Below, one piece after another: positions 52,928-62,153 of a stretch of DNA of 62,153 nucleotides; position 1 is the first letter of the stretch, and each line of letters begins with the position of its first letter. Source of the stretch: an uncultured Gammaproteobacteria bacterium (GTDB lineage: Bacteria; Patescibacteriota; Microgenomatia; CAYQLK01); contig CAYOLO010000003.1 of the NCBI GenBank assembly GCA_964404855.1, positions 1 through 62,153 on the forward strand. The letters are read 5' to 3'. The notes under the pieces were generated by a model. That model did no database searches. It had not been told where the DNA came from and saw only the letters and a list, made by a program, of their open reading frames with translations. The translations under genes were made by a program, and so were the position numbers.

Positions 52928-54228
52928 TGAAGCTTAGAAACTAAGCTATTAAACTGTTCACCTCGGTCAAATTCGTTCAAGAACATACCAAACGAAGCCG
53001 CTGCGGGGGATAATATGACAAATTTTCCGTTTATGTTTTTTACAAAATCATAAGCATCTTCAATTGCTTTTTCGAATTGTGAGCAGTTTGAAATAATTAA
53101 ATCTTTACGAATATGCGATGAAAGTTTTTTCCCAACAGGCGAATCAAGTAAGACCACATGAAATTGTTTCTCATTTATAAACCTCGAAAGAATTAACAAA
53201 TCTAAATTTTTATCAGATCCACCAACAATAACAACTGATTCAGTGGAATTATAATTTTTAAGTGTTCCAACGGTTACAGTCGGATTGGTAGCAGTTGAGT
53301 CATTAATAAAAGAAATGTTTTTAATTGTACGAATTGTTTGGTTTCTAAATCTTGGCGGAGTGAGTGTGTTAATTTTAGGAAGTATTTTATCAACAGCAAA
53401 CTGAGTTGTACTAGACACAACGAGAAGGGCGGCGTTAAAGTTGAGAATATTTTGTGGTGTGTCGTTTTCAAGATTAATTTTAAAACTATCATCAAACTGA
53501 ACTGCAGTTTGTGAATCTAAATGCTTAATTTGCGGAAAGTTATTTTTTGGATAAACAATGGTACCGTCCGGTTTTAGATAATTAATTAACCTTAATTTTG
53601 ATTCTTGGTATTTGTTAAAAGTTCCATATCGGTTTAGATGGTCAGGGAAAATATTGGTGAATGCAATTGTGTCAAAATAAGGCATTTTTTTACCAAGATC
53701 GTCAATTTGAAACGAAGACAATTCAATGACTACATATTTATTTTTTTCATAACCCAAAGTATTAAGTGGTGATTTGCCGATATTACCTGCAAGAATATTT
53801 TCAATTTCTAATGAACTTAATATTTGGCTAATAAATGTAGTTGTTGTGCTTTTTCCTTTTGTTCCAGTCACTGCAATTATTTTTTTGGGAGTAGCTAAGT
53901 TTAGAAACACTTCTAAGTCAGAAGTAATGGTCGCCCCACTTTTTGATGCAATTTCTAGAAATTTTGAGGTTGGTGGAACCCCAGGGTTTTTAATAACAAT
54001 ATCTGTGTTACTAAAATCGCTTTCTAAATGGTGACCAAGATGATATTCGATTTCTGGACAACTTTTCAGTTGTTCAATTGTTGGTTTGAGAATTTCTTCA
54101 GATTGTAGGTCTGTAACGGTAATTTTGCCTCCAAGTTTATAAAAAAATTTAGCCGCCTCGAGTCCACCACCATTTAATCCCAGACCCATGATTAGAATTT
54201 TTTTATCTTTAAAATCAGATTTATCCAT
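52924..54228 (-). CDS. murD: MurD ligase
   Basis: GLGLNG, NPGVP, TGTKGKSTT, GNIG, ELSSFQ, DHLNRY, NDSTATN, LSPAAASF. Confidence 0.93.
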   Translation of the reverse strand: MDKSDFKDKKILIMGLGLNGGGLEAAKFFYKLGGKITVTDLQSEEILKPTIEQLKSCPEIEYHLGHHLESDFSNTDIVIKNPGVPPTSKFLEIASKSGATITSDLEVFLNLATPKKIIAVTGTKGKSTTTTFISQILSSLEIENILAGNIGKSPLNTLGYEKNKYVVIELSSFQIDDLGKKMPYFDTIAFTNIFPDHLNRYGTFNKYQESKLRLINYLKPDGTIVYPKNNFPQIKHLDSQTAVQFDDSFKINLENDTPQNILNFNAALLVVSSTTQFAVDKILPKINTLTPPRFRNQTIRTIKNISFINDSTATNPTVTVGTLKNYNSTESVVIVGGSDKNLDLLILSRFINEKQFHVVLLDSPVGKKLSSHIRKDLIISNCSQFEKAIEDAYDFVKNINGKFVILSPAAASFGMFLNEFDRGEQFNSLVSKLQ

Positions 54229-54262
54229 ACAAAAACTTCTCTTAAATGGAGAATACTATTAT

Positions 54263-55297
54263 TTAACCAATAAATGCGAGCAAAAGCCCCATTACGGCAA
54301 GTAAGATACCAGCTAACCAGTATCTCATAACAATTTTAGGCTCAGGCCAACCTTTGTGCTGGAGATATAAATTTAATGGTGCAGCCTCGATTAATTTGCG
54401 ATGAAAAAAACGCTTCGAAATCAACTGTAGCAAAGAAGAACTTACTTCGACAACAAACATCCCACAAATTATTGCTAGAGCTGGGGTTTTGCCTAATAAA
54501 AGTCCAGTAATTGCCAGACCCGCACCAAAACCTAAAGCCCCAGCGTCCCCCATCCAAATTCTGGCCGGATAGATATTAAAATATAAAAAGGCAATCAAAG
54601 CTCCTATCCATAAACCCAAGAAAGAAGAGAGTGTGGTATCTAGAATTGAAGATGAAATCATTAGAAATGCAATTAAGGCGATTAGAAGTAGTCCCCCAGC
54701 AAGACCGTCAAGACCGTCAGCAATATTTACTGCATTTACAAAACTAACAATTACGAACATTGCAAATGGAATAAACAAAGGACCGATATGAAAAACATCA
54801 ATAAATCTTAGGTTAACAATGTCAATTTTTAAGACAAAATATAGATAGCTTGAAATAAATGCCGCCAAAGCAACTTGAATTAAAAATTTTTGTCTGAATC
54901 TTAATCCAAAAAAGCTAGTTTTCTTTAATTGAAAAGTTTTTCGAACATCGTCAACTAAACCTAAAATCGCAAATGAAACTACGCTAAATAAAATAATAAA
55001 AACTTCCTGCGCGTACGGATAGACGGATGTAGATTCAATGTTAAAAACTTCGCGAAACAAACCAACCAGTAAAAACAGCACTACGACACTGAAGATAACT
55101 AATACACCACCGCCAAGTGGAGTACCTGCCTTGTGCGCGTGAAACTTGTCAAAAATTGGTGTCCTTTTGTTGAACATGTCACGAGTCTGTTGGTTTTGTC
55201 TTTGAAATTTAATCTTGTAAAGAAGATTAATAAAAGGAACCGACAAAATTGCGACGGTAAAAAAAGATATGAGTATTAGCAATAACAGCCCAATCAT
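54263..55297 (-). CDS. mraY: Phospho-MurNAc-pentapeptide transferase
   Basis: KAGTPLGGG, GLVDD, NAVNIADGLDGL, FNIYPARIWMGDAG. Confidence 0.95.
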   Translation of the reverse strand: MIGLLLLILISFFTVAILSVPFINLLYKIKFQRQNQQTRDMFNKRTPIFDKFHAHKAGTPLGGGVLVIFSVVVLFLLVGLFREVFNIESTSVYPYAQEVFIILFSVVSFAILGLVDDVRKTFQLKKTSFFGLRFRQKFLIQVALAAFISSYLYFVLKIDIVNLRFIDVFHIGPLFIPFAMFVIVSFVNAVNIADGLDGLAGGLLLIALIAFLMISSSILDTTLSSFLGLWIGALIAFLYFNIYPARIWMGDAGALGFGAGLAITGLLLGKTPALAIICGMFVVEVSSSLLQLISKRFFHRKLIEAAPLNLYLQHKGWPEPKIVMRYWLAGILLAVMGLLLAFIG

Positions 55298-55316
55298 AAT
55301 ATTTAATTATACAGTT

Positions 55317-56438
55317 TTAGGAGCTAAAAAAGTCCTCCATGTGCATCCCATGAGATCCTTTAACTAAGATTAATGTACTTTTATCGAATTTTTTTTGTTC
55401 TAATTTAAACGGTTTTTCTAAGTGCGTAAGTTTAAGTTTGGTATTTTTGCTCGACAGATATGAATAGATTTTTTGTGCTTCTTTCCCATAAGTAAAAACT
55501 TGATTAAAACTGGAATTTAGTAGTAGTTTGGCTATTTTAATATGTTCACTTTCCGACATCTTACCTAGTTCTAACATATCGCCGAGAATAGCTATCTTAG
55601 TTTTGTGTTTTTGTAAATTTACAAAATTAATTGCATTCGAGAGCGCAAGTGGCGAGGAATTATAAATATCTTTTATCACATCGGCGTTGGCAATTCTTGC
55701 GATATTAAATCTGTTAGCGGCAGATTTAGTTTTTGAAAGATTATTAATCAATACTTTATTATCAATTCCTAAAAAAGTGCCGACCGCAAAAGCCGCACAC
55801 AATGAAAGGCATTGATGTTGACCAATAAGAGATGTTGTTAAATTAAATTTTTCTCCTTGGGAGTAAATATTAATTTTTGTGTTTTTAAGATTTTGCGACT
55901 CTACAGACAATCTGACATCACAATCTTTAGAAAAACCATATTTAATTGACGGAATATTAAGTTTAGAAAATTTTTCTCTTAACAACTTATCGTCATAATT
56001 GTAAATCACAATTTTTGTTTTATTGGTAATTATTTTTGATTTTTCTGTAAATATTTTTCCCAAAGAAGATAGATACTGTGTATGAGCAGGAGAAATTTGA
56101 GTGAAAACGACTATATCGCTTGGAGCAATTGTACTATTAAATTCCATATCTTTGGGATATTGAACACCCATTTCTAGTACTAAATATTTGAATTTTTTAG
56201 ATTTGAGAACAGTAATTGGAATATTAAAAATTGAATCAAGATTTTCTGTGGTAGAAATCGCTTTCTTGCCTAATGCGGTACGAATTGCGTTTGTTGTTGT
56301 AGTTTTACCTACACTACCTGTCACGCCGACGATGGTTTTATTACTTAATAGCAAATAATATTTTGCGCTCAATGCGCGTGCAATGTGAAATGGTTTTTTA
56401 TGTGTTTTAACCTCTTTAAGGACTTTAAAATAATTCAT
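55317..56438 (-). CDS. murF: MurF ligase, short N-terminus
   Basis: GVTGSVGKTT, LEMG, DIYNSSP, LGDMLELG, LVKGS. Confidence 0.9.
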   Translation of the reverse strand: MNYFKVLKEVKTHKKPFHIARALSAKYYLLLSNKTIVGVTGSVGKTTTTNAIRTALGKKAISTTENLDSIFNIPITVLKSKKFKYLVLEMGVQYPKDMEFNSTIAPSDIVVFTQISPAHTQYLSSLGKIFTEKSKIITNKTKIVIYNYDDKLLREKFSKLNIPSIKYGFSKDCDVRLSVESQNLKNTKINIYSQGEKFNLTTSLIGQHQCLSLCAAFAVGTFLGIDNKVLINNLSKTKSAANRFNIARIANADVIKDIYNSSPLALSNAINFVNLQKHKTKIAILGDMLELGKMSESEHIKIAKLLLNSSFNQVFTYGKEAQKIYSYLSSKNTKLKLTHLEKPFKLEQKKFDKSTLILVKGSHGMHMEDFFSS

Positions 56439-57407
56439 TTATATTTTGTTAATAATATCTATCCGTGATTCTAATGTTAGTTTAAATTTATTTTTAATAT
56501 TACGTTTAATATAACGCATCATTCTGGCAATGTCTTCGGTTTTAAAATCGTTGTCTAAAATAAAAGTGTTTGGATCTTCGCTTGAAATCGTTACACCTCC
56601 AATTTTATAACCACCAATGTCTATTTGTCGTATTAAGTATGATGGCGAGAGTGTGAAATGTTTGGTTGATAGTCTAACTGCGTCTCTGTGTGAAATGTTT
56701 TTAAAAATTGGACCTGTAAGTGAATGATTAATTGCAACATCATTACTACCAGCTGACCATGGATTATTAGGTGAGGTTTTAGGTAACTTAAATACTGCTT
56801 TTATTACAATATCGTTAGTCTGTTGCAACTTAGACCGATCATAATCAAATTCAAAGTATGAATTGTCGACGAGTTTTTTTTCGCCTGTTTTGGCATCAAT
56901 TATTTCAGCGAGTGAAAGATAATTACCAATAATATTTTTTACTGTTGGCATAAGGGAAATATTATTTCTAATTCCTGCACCAACACTGCCGGGGATGTTT
57001 AATAGAAATCCTAATCCTTCAATTTTTTCATGTATGCAATATCTGGCTAGCATGGTTAGGGAGGCGCCAGAATCAACTTGTATTAGTACTTCAGGTACTG
57101 ATTTTTTTTCAATTATTAAGGTTCTAAATCCTTTGAGGATAATATTGTGAGATAGGTTTTTTATCAAAAAATATTCACTGTTTTCAGGTAGAAAGGTGTT
57201 TGCTCCTAGTCCTAAAACAATAAAGGGTATTTTATTTTTAATACAAGTTGAGACTGCTAATTCCAAATCTGAAGAATTAAGCGCCTCAAAATACATCCTT
57301 GATTTGGTTTCTTGATGGAAATATGTGTGCGATTTTAACTGTTCGTCAAAAAGAATTCTTTCGGTGCCAAGCGTACTGCTTATAATTTTAATTTGATCTT
57401 CATTCAT
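56439..57407 (-). CDS. murB: MurB-like protein with degenerate active site
   Basis: LGLGANT, VDSG..L, IPGSVG; catalytic motifs altered (FDYDRS, GPIFKN, LESRI). Confidence 0.75.
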   Translation of the reverse strand: MNEDQIKIISSTLGTERILFDEQLKSHTYFHQETKSRMYFEALNSSDLELAVSTCIKNKIPFIVLGLGANTFLPENSEYFLIKNLSHNIILKGFRTLIIEKKSVPEVLIQVDSGASLTMLARYCIHEKIEGLGFLLNIPGSVGAGIRNNISLMPTVKNIIGNYLSLAEIIDAKTGEKKLVDNSYFEFDYDRSKLQQTNDIVIKAVFKLPKTSPNNPWSAGSNDVAINHSLTGPIFKNISHRDAVRLSTKHFTLSPSYLIRQIDIGGYKIGGVTISSEDPNTFILDNDFKTEDIARMMRYIKRNIKNKFKLTLESRIDIINKI

Positions 57408-57418
57408 TTTTGTAAGAC

Positions 57419-58654
57419 TTATTTTCCTAAAGCCTTAGCTAAAACTTTTTGTTCATCCCAAGGTTTTTCGACCCCAGAAATATTCATTGATTTTTCATGG
57501 CCCTTACCAAAAAATAAACAAATAGTTTTGTTATTTGATAGCTCGACGCCTTTTTTGATTGCGGCTTGTCGGTCGTTAATGACTAAAATTTGATTTGATC
57601 GACTAAAGCTTTTGGGTATACCAGAAATTATTTCACTTGAGATTTTTTCTTGATTTTCCGTTCTTGGATCTTCACTTGTAATTATTATAATGTCGCTATA
57701 TTTGGAGGCAGCTTTGCCCATTAGCGGTCTTTTTGAATAATCTCTAAGTCCGGCCGCACCAAATACCGAAATAATTTTGTGATTTGGAGATTCTTTTTTG
57801 ATTGAAGATAGTGCGGATTCAAGAGCCTGTGGTGTGTGTCCAAAGTCAATAAAAAATAATTCTTTGTTTTTGCCTAAAAATTTTTCCATTCGACCTTTGG
57901 GAAGTTGAAACGACTTAAGTGCGGAATTTATCTTTTCATTATCAATACCCAACAAACTTACAGTACTTGCCGCCCCAACTAAGTTCTCTCTATTGTAATC
58001 ACCAATAATTTCTGGAAGTTTAAAGTTGGTTTTTGTAAAATCTGTATTTTTATTAAACGAATATGTGTGGAGATTAGATAAGTTTTTGCTCATATCATTA
58101 ATTGGGCCGCAATTTAAAGTAACAAGCTTGATTTTTGATCTTAGGAGCAATTTAAATTTTGATTTCGCGTAATTATCCATAGTTCCGTGATAATCAAGAT
58201 GCTCGTGACTTAAGTTAGTGACTAATCCAATCTGATAACTTACACCAAAGTCTCTATATTGATCTAAACCGATTGAAGTTATTTCTAGAACTAAATACTT
58301 ACACCCAGAGTTTATGGCAAGTTTGGCAAATTTTTGAATTTCGAAAGGTCCTGGGGTCGTAACGTGAAGCCCTGTTTCAATAAAATTCCCGTTTATTTCT
58401 GCACCAACAGTTGATATTAATGCAGCTTTTTCTCCCGATTTTCTTAATATGTGATAAATCGCACTAGAAACTGTTGTCTTTCCGTCGGTACCTGTAACAC
58501 CAATTACAATAAGTTTTTTGGTTGGAAACATGTAATAAATATTGGCAATAATGGCGTTTACTAGGTGCCAAATATTTTTTATTTTTTGCGAGTTCATTAT
58601 TGGATATTCTAATCTAAATTGGTTAGGACTTAAAGATTTGGAGGAATTGACCAA
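57419..58654 (-). CDS. murE: MurE ligase
   Basis: GVTGTDGKTT, HVTTP, TNLSHEHLDYH, DFGHTP, EDPRTE, GKGHE. Confidence 0.92.
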   Translation of the reverse strand: MVNSSKSLSPNQFRLEYPIMNSQKIKNIWHLVNAIIANIYYMFPTKKLIVIGVTGTDGKTTVSSAIYHILRKSGEKAALISTVGAEINGNFIETGLHVTTPGPFEIQKFAKLAINSGCKYLVLEITSIGLDQYRDFGVSYQIGLVTNLSHEHLDYHGTMDNYAKSKFKLLLRSKIKLVTLNCGPINDMSKNLSNLHTYSFNKNTDFTKTNFKLPEIIGDYNRENLVGAASTVSLLGIDNEKINSALKSFQLPKGRMEKFLGKNKELFFIDFGHTPQALESALSSIKKESPNHKIISVFGAAGLRDYSKRPLMGKAASKYSDIIIITSEDPRTENQEKISSEIISGIPKSFSRSNQILVINDRQAAIKKGVELSNNKTICLFFGKGHEKSMNISGVEKPWDEQKVLAKALGK

Positions 58655-60420
58655 AGTCTAAAAATTTCTGAAGAAATCCTAAAGAAGGTTGGTGCAGCTG
58701 TTTCTGAACCGTATGGTGAGCTTTTGGGCTCAGTAAACCGGACTAACATTACAAATTTTGGATTGGGTAGTGGACCAAACCCAACAAAGCTTGCGATTGT
58801 TTTGCTTGGGTCATAATGACCAGCAACAGGAATTTGTGCTGTTCCAGTTTTACCAGCTAAGGAGTAACCATCTGGAATTTTGTAATGAGCCTCCCCTGCC
58901 ACTACTGCTTTGGTCATCATTTCTGTAACTTTGTCAGCAGTTTCTTTGGTAATTATGGTTTTGAATGAATTGCTATCTGGAGAAACTTTTAGTGGATTAT
59001 CTCCGTCTATTATTTCTGAGACAAAGTGCGGAGTTGGGAGTTTTCCCCCGTTTGCTATAGCTGAGACGGCCTTAACCATTTGAATTGAGGTAACGGCAAT
59101 TCCTTGACCGAAAGATGCAGTCGCTAAATCTATTTCCCCCCAGTCTTTCTTTGGTCTTATTACTCCATATGTTTCGTCTTGAATATCGACACCAGTTAGA
59201 TCCCCAAAACCAAAATTTTTAAGATATTGATGAAATTTTTCGAACCCTAGTTTCTGGGACAAAAATACCATTCCCGTGTTGTCAGAGTTTTGAATCACTT
59301 CGGTCATGGTGGAATTGGGGTGATATTTATTATCCCAAGTCGAAATTTTATAACCGCTAATTTCTACTTGCCCATCACAGATTGTACAAATTGTCTCTGG
59401 TTGAATAACATTTTCGTTAATTCCTGCCGCCATAGCTAGAACTTTAAAAGTCGATCCAGGCTCGTAAGTCTCTGCTACCACTGGATTAACATAATTGGCG
59501 TTTGGGTATTTAGTGTAATTAGCGGGATCATAAGCGGGATATGCAGCTGAAGCTATAATTGCCCCTGTAGTAGGGTCCATTATCAAAACTTGACCAGCTT
59601 TGGCTTGGTAACTTTCTATTGAGCTAAGCAGCTCTTCTTCAACTACTTTTTGTACCGACCTATCTATTGTGAGCTTAAGAGTTCTGCCTGGATTTTCGCC
59701 AATTTGGCCGTAATCACCTAGTAAGATTGGATTACCTTTAGCATCTGTTTCTTCTTTTGTTACCCCTAAACGACCCTTAAGTTGCCTGTTATAAAAACCT
59801 TCTAGTCCAAAATAGCCAGTGTCGCGCCCAAAATCATCCAAGCCAACAAAACCCAATAGATGAGCAGACATTGAACCTTCAGGGTAATCGCGTGCAATCT
59901 CATCGCTAAAACCTAGACCATTAATGTTTAACTTTTCGATTTGCTCTTTTTGAATGTTGGTAAGTTTTCTACCGAGTAGTACCCAATCAAGATTGGTTTG
60001 AGTAATTTTTTCTGTTAAAGCAACTTGTCTTTCTTTTTGTTTAAGTTCCTGCTCTTTTTTATAAACATCTGGATTATATTCCGGCAAAAGTTCTGCGCTT
60101 ACTGTTGCAATATCACTAAGATCCAAAATCGGCTGGATTTTTTCTGCCACAGAGTTAGGGTCAGAAATTTCTTTTGGATTAGCATACATTAAGTATGCGG
60201 TTTGATTAGTAACTAATGGCGACCCATCTGATGCTAATATTTCTCCCCTTTTAGGAAAAAGCTCAATATCTCTCAAATACTGTTTTTCTGCTTTAGCCTG
60301 TAGTGAGTCGCGACTAATTACCTGCCAATAAAACAGTCTAAGAACAATTAAACTAAAAACTATCAAACAAGCAATATATACCAGCCTGATTTCTTTCATG
60401 ATTAATATATTATGGAACAA
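58630..60420 (-). CDS. ftsI: Class B penicillin-binding protein (FtsI)
   Basis: RGEI, YEPGSTFK (SxxK), SDN, KTGTAQ. Confidence 0.93.
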   Translation of the reverse strand: MFHNILIMKEIRLVYIACLIVFSLIVLRLFYWQVISRDSLQAKAEKQYLRDIELFPKRGEILASDGSPLVTNQTAYLMYANPKEISDPNSVAEKIQPILDLSDIATVSAELLPEYNPDVYKKEQELKQKERQVALTEKITQTNLDWVLLGRKLTNIQKEQIEKLNINGLGFSDEIARDYPEGSMSAHLLGFVGLDDFGRDTGYFGLEGFYNRQLKGRLGVTKEETDAKGNPILLGDYGQIGENPGRTLKLTIDRSVQKVVEEELLSSIESYQAKAGQVLIMDPTTGAIIASAAYPAYDPANYTKYPNANYVNPVVAETYEPGSTFKVLAMAAGINENVIQPETICTICDGQVEISGYKISTWDNKYHPNSTMTEVIQNSDNTGMVFLSQKLGFEKFHQYLKNFGFGDLTGVDIQDETYGVIRPKKDWGEIDLATASFGQGIAVTSIQMVKAVSAIANGGKLPTPHFVSEIIDGDNPLKVSPDSNSFKTIITKETADKVTEMMTKAVVAGEAHYKIPDGYSLAGKTGTAQIPVAGHYDPSKTIASFVGFGPLPNPKFVMLVRFTEPKSSPYGSETAAPTFFRISSEIFRLWSIPPNL

Positions 60421-60447
60421 AAACTAAATAGTTTTAAGTAAAACTTA

Positions 60448-60795
60448 TTAACGAGAGTAAGCAAACGCTGGATCCTTAACAAATATTTTACCTGAAGAAT
60501 TTTTTTGAAAACCTAAGTTTAAGGCTTTTTTCTCAATCTCAGCCAAAGACCCCAGCTCGGCAATTTCACTTTTAAGTACAATATTTTCTTTTTTTAAGGT
60601 TTCACTTTTTGACTTGAGGTCTGTAACAAGTTTGCCTTTAGTCGCAAGCGAGTTAGAAACAAACAAATTGCCCATTATTAAAATTGAGACAATTGTAAAG
60701 ATTGCAAAAATTAGTTTAGTACTATGAGGTAAGGTTTTGGCCGAAGGAGCCTGACGAGCAATTAAGATATTTGATTGTAGAACGGTCGCATTCAT
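60448..60795 (-). CDS. ftsL: FtsL-like protein
   Basis: TM plus coiled coil, IEKKALNLGF; between rsmH and ftsI. Confidence 0.7.
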   Translation of the reverse strand: MNATVLQSNILIARQAPSAKTLPHSTKLIFAIFTIVSILIMGNLFVSNSLATKGKLVTDLKSKSETLKKENIVLKSEIAELGSLAEIEKKALNLGFQKNSSGKIFVKDPAFAYSR

Positions 60796-60845
60796 TTTGA
60801 GCAGTTTATTAGGCTTTTAAATTAAAAACCGCTGCCCAGTTTTTG

Positions 60846-61724
60846 TTAAATTTTCCGCGCTGCCCGAAGCTTTGCACTTCGAGCACGTCTGTTTTGATGA
60901 ACTTCTAGACTATCGGGAATAATTGGTTTTGTTGTTAAGTTTTCCAACAAAAAATTATTACGAATAAAATTCTTTACGATTTTATCTTCCAATGAGTGAA
61001 ACGAGATCACTACCAAAACACCTCTTGGTTTTAGAAGTTCTACAGACTGTAAAAGAGCGGATTCCAGATTGTCCAGTTCGCTATTGATTGCGATTCTTAG
61101 TGACTGAAAAACCTTAGTCGCCGGATGAATCTTGTCACTATTCCTCCGAGGAATAACGTTCTCAACTATTTGGGCTAGTTGAGTAGTCGTTTCAATTGGT
61201 CTGACTAAACGGGCGCGGACAATAGCGTCAGCAATGACCCGAGCACGCTTTTCTTGACCATATTCGATAAATAATTCATATAACTGTTTTTCTGTTAATA
61301 CTTTTAATAAATCAGCAGCTGTTACACCTTGATTTACTGGATCCAATCTCATATCTAGAGGTCCTTCGTTTAAAAAACTGATTCCTTTTTCTGGATCTTG
61401 TAGTTGGGTTGAGGAATATCCAAGATCAAAAAGTATGCCGTCGACTTGAGCAAAATTATTGGCTTTGGCAAGATTGGCTAAATTGCAGAAATTTCCGTGA
61501 ACCGTTGTGAGGTGCTGAGAAATATTTTTTGCTTTATCGACATTTTTAAAGTCAGCATCAATCCCTAAAACCTCTGCTCCTTTTTCTAAAATTAGAGCGG
61601 TATGACCTGCATCACCAAGAGTTGCGTCAATGAATTTTTTATCCGTTGAGGGACTTAGTAATTCAATTGACTCTTTGGGTAATACCGGAATATGTTTATC
61701 AACGATTGTTAGAGTCGATTTCAT
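60846..61724 (-). CDS. rsmH: 16S rRNA m4C1402 methyltransferase
   Basis: HIPVL, DATLGDAGH, DLGYSS, PLDMR, FQSLRIAIN, SFHSLED, RARSAKLR. Confidence 0.97.
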   Translation of the reverse strand: MKSTLTIVDKHIPVLPKESIELLSPSTDKKFIDATLGDAGHTALILEKGAEVLGIDADFKNVDKAKNISQHLTTVHGNFCNLANLAKANNFAQVDGILFDLGYSSTQLQDPEKGISFLNEGPLDMRLDPVNQGVTAADLLKVLTEKQLYELFIEYGQEKRARVIADAIVRARLVRPIETTTQLAQIVENVIPRRNSDKIHPATKVFQSLRIAINSELDNLESALLQSVELLKPRGVLVVISFHSLEDKIVKNFIRNNFLLENLTTKPIIPDSLEVHQNRRARSAKLRAARKI

Positions 61725-62103
61725 TTATTTTTTGTTGCCATTTGTCAGTTGCCCATATTTCGAAATGATCTCCTGCACCAATTACGGTAACGGAATCAGA
61801 AATATTTGCATAATCGATTAAGGTTTTTGGGATAACCATTCTGCCTTGTGTGTCAAAATCTACTTCTTCTGAAGCTGAAAATATAAATCTTCTTAGATCT
61901 CGACTTTGGACGTCTGAGATTGGGTTTTCAAGGTGCTTAGCGCTTTGCGCCTCCCAGCCTTCAGCCGAATAGCCGAAAATACACTGATCAAAACCTTTTG
62001 AAAGGATTACTTTCCCTTTCGCTAGACTTGACCGGAGCTTAACCGGAATAGAAAGCCTCTTAGATGAGGAGGAAAATTGTGGTTCAAATTGTCCTAAAAA
62101 CAT
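61699..62103 (-). CDS. mraZ: Transcriptional regulator MraZ
   Basis: MFLGQFE, RLSIP, DTQGRMVIP, GAGDHFEIW. Confidence 0.96.
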   Translation of the reverse strand: MFLGQFEPQFSSSSKRLSIPVKLRSSLAKGKVILSKGFDQCIFGYSAEGWEAQSAKHLENPISDVQSRDLRRFIFSASEEVDFDTQGRMVIPKTLIDYANISDSVTVIGAGDHFEIWATDKWQQKINEIDSNNR

Positions 62104-62150
62104 CTGCCCTAAGTTGCCCTAAATCACCATTTATTACCATCTGTAACCAT
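62104..62150 (-). promoter_or_regulatory. MraZ operator: direct repeats at 10-bp spacing
   Basis: Minus strand ATGGT x3 then AGGGC x2 at exact 10-nt period up to the ATG. Confidence 0.8.
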
Positions 62151-62153
62151 TAT

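Noticed and set aside
11354-61821. Many short opposite-strand or alternate-frame ORFs within housekeeping genes
   Set aside because: Fully overlap well-supported genes and have no recognisable motifs.

Overview
Genome fragment of a small-genome CPR/Patescibacteria bacterium, most consistent with Microgenomates (inferred from gene style; no rRNA here; translation table 11 fits). (1) 1-3.5 kb: one end of a compositionally foreign integrative element (Com-like Zn finger, DUF5659-like, HTH/replication-like protein, large serine recombinase) abutting the 3' end of tRNA-Lys, with the recombinase ORF reading antisense through the tRNA. (2) 3.6-9.7 kb: accessory zone around tRNA-Glu with orphan genes, an NAD-salvage regulon (pnuC, nadR-like, nrtR, truncated pncC, two palindromic operators) and gmk. 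(3) 10-29.5 kb: housekeeping genes (yraN, rnhB, rplS, dnaE, FKBP, gatCAB, htpX, lemA, polX) interleaved with GC-richer orphan genes carrying their own promoter, SD and terminator, plus tRNA-Asp and tRNA-Gly. (4) 29.5-39.3 kb: candidate ~200-nt rod-like ncRNA, a 1.8k-aa surface protein, tRNA-Thr with an interrupted partial copy, glycosylation genes. (5) 39.4-62.1 kb: lepB, parB, rpmA, rplU, rodA, ileS, pyrG and the dcw cluster. No CRISPR array seen. All family calls are motif recognition by eye, with no database searches; hand-derived coordinates may be off by 1-2 nt.
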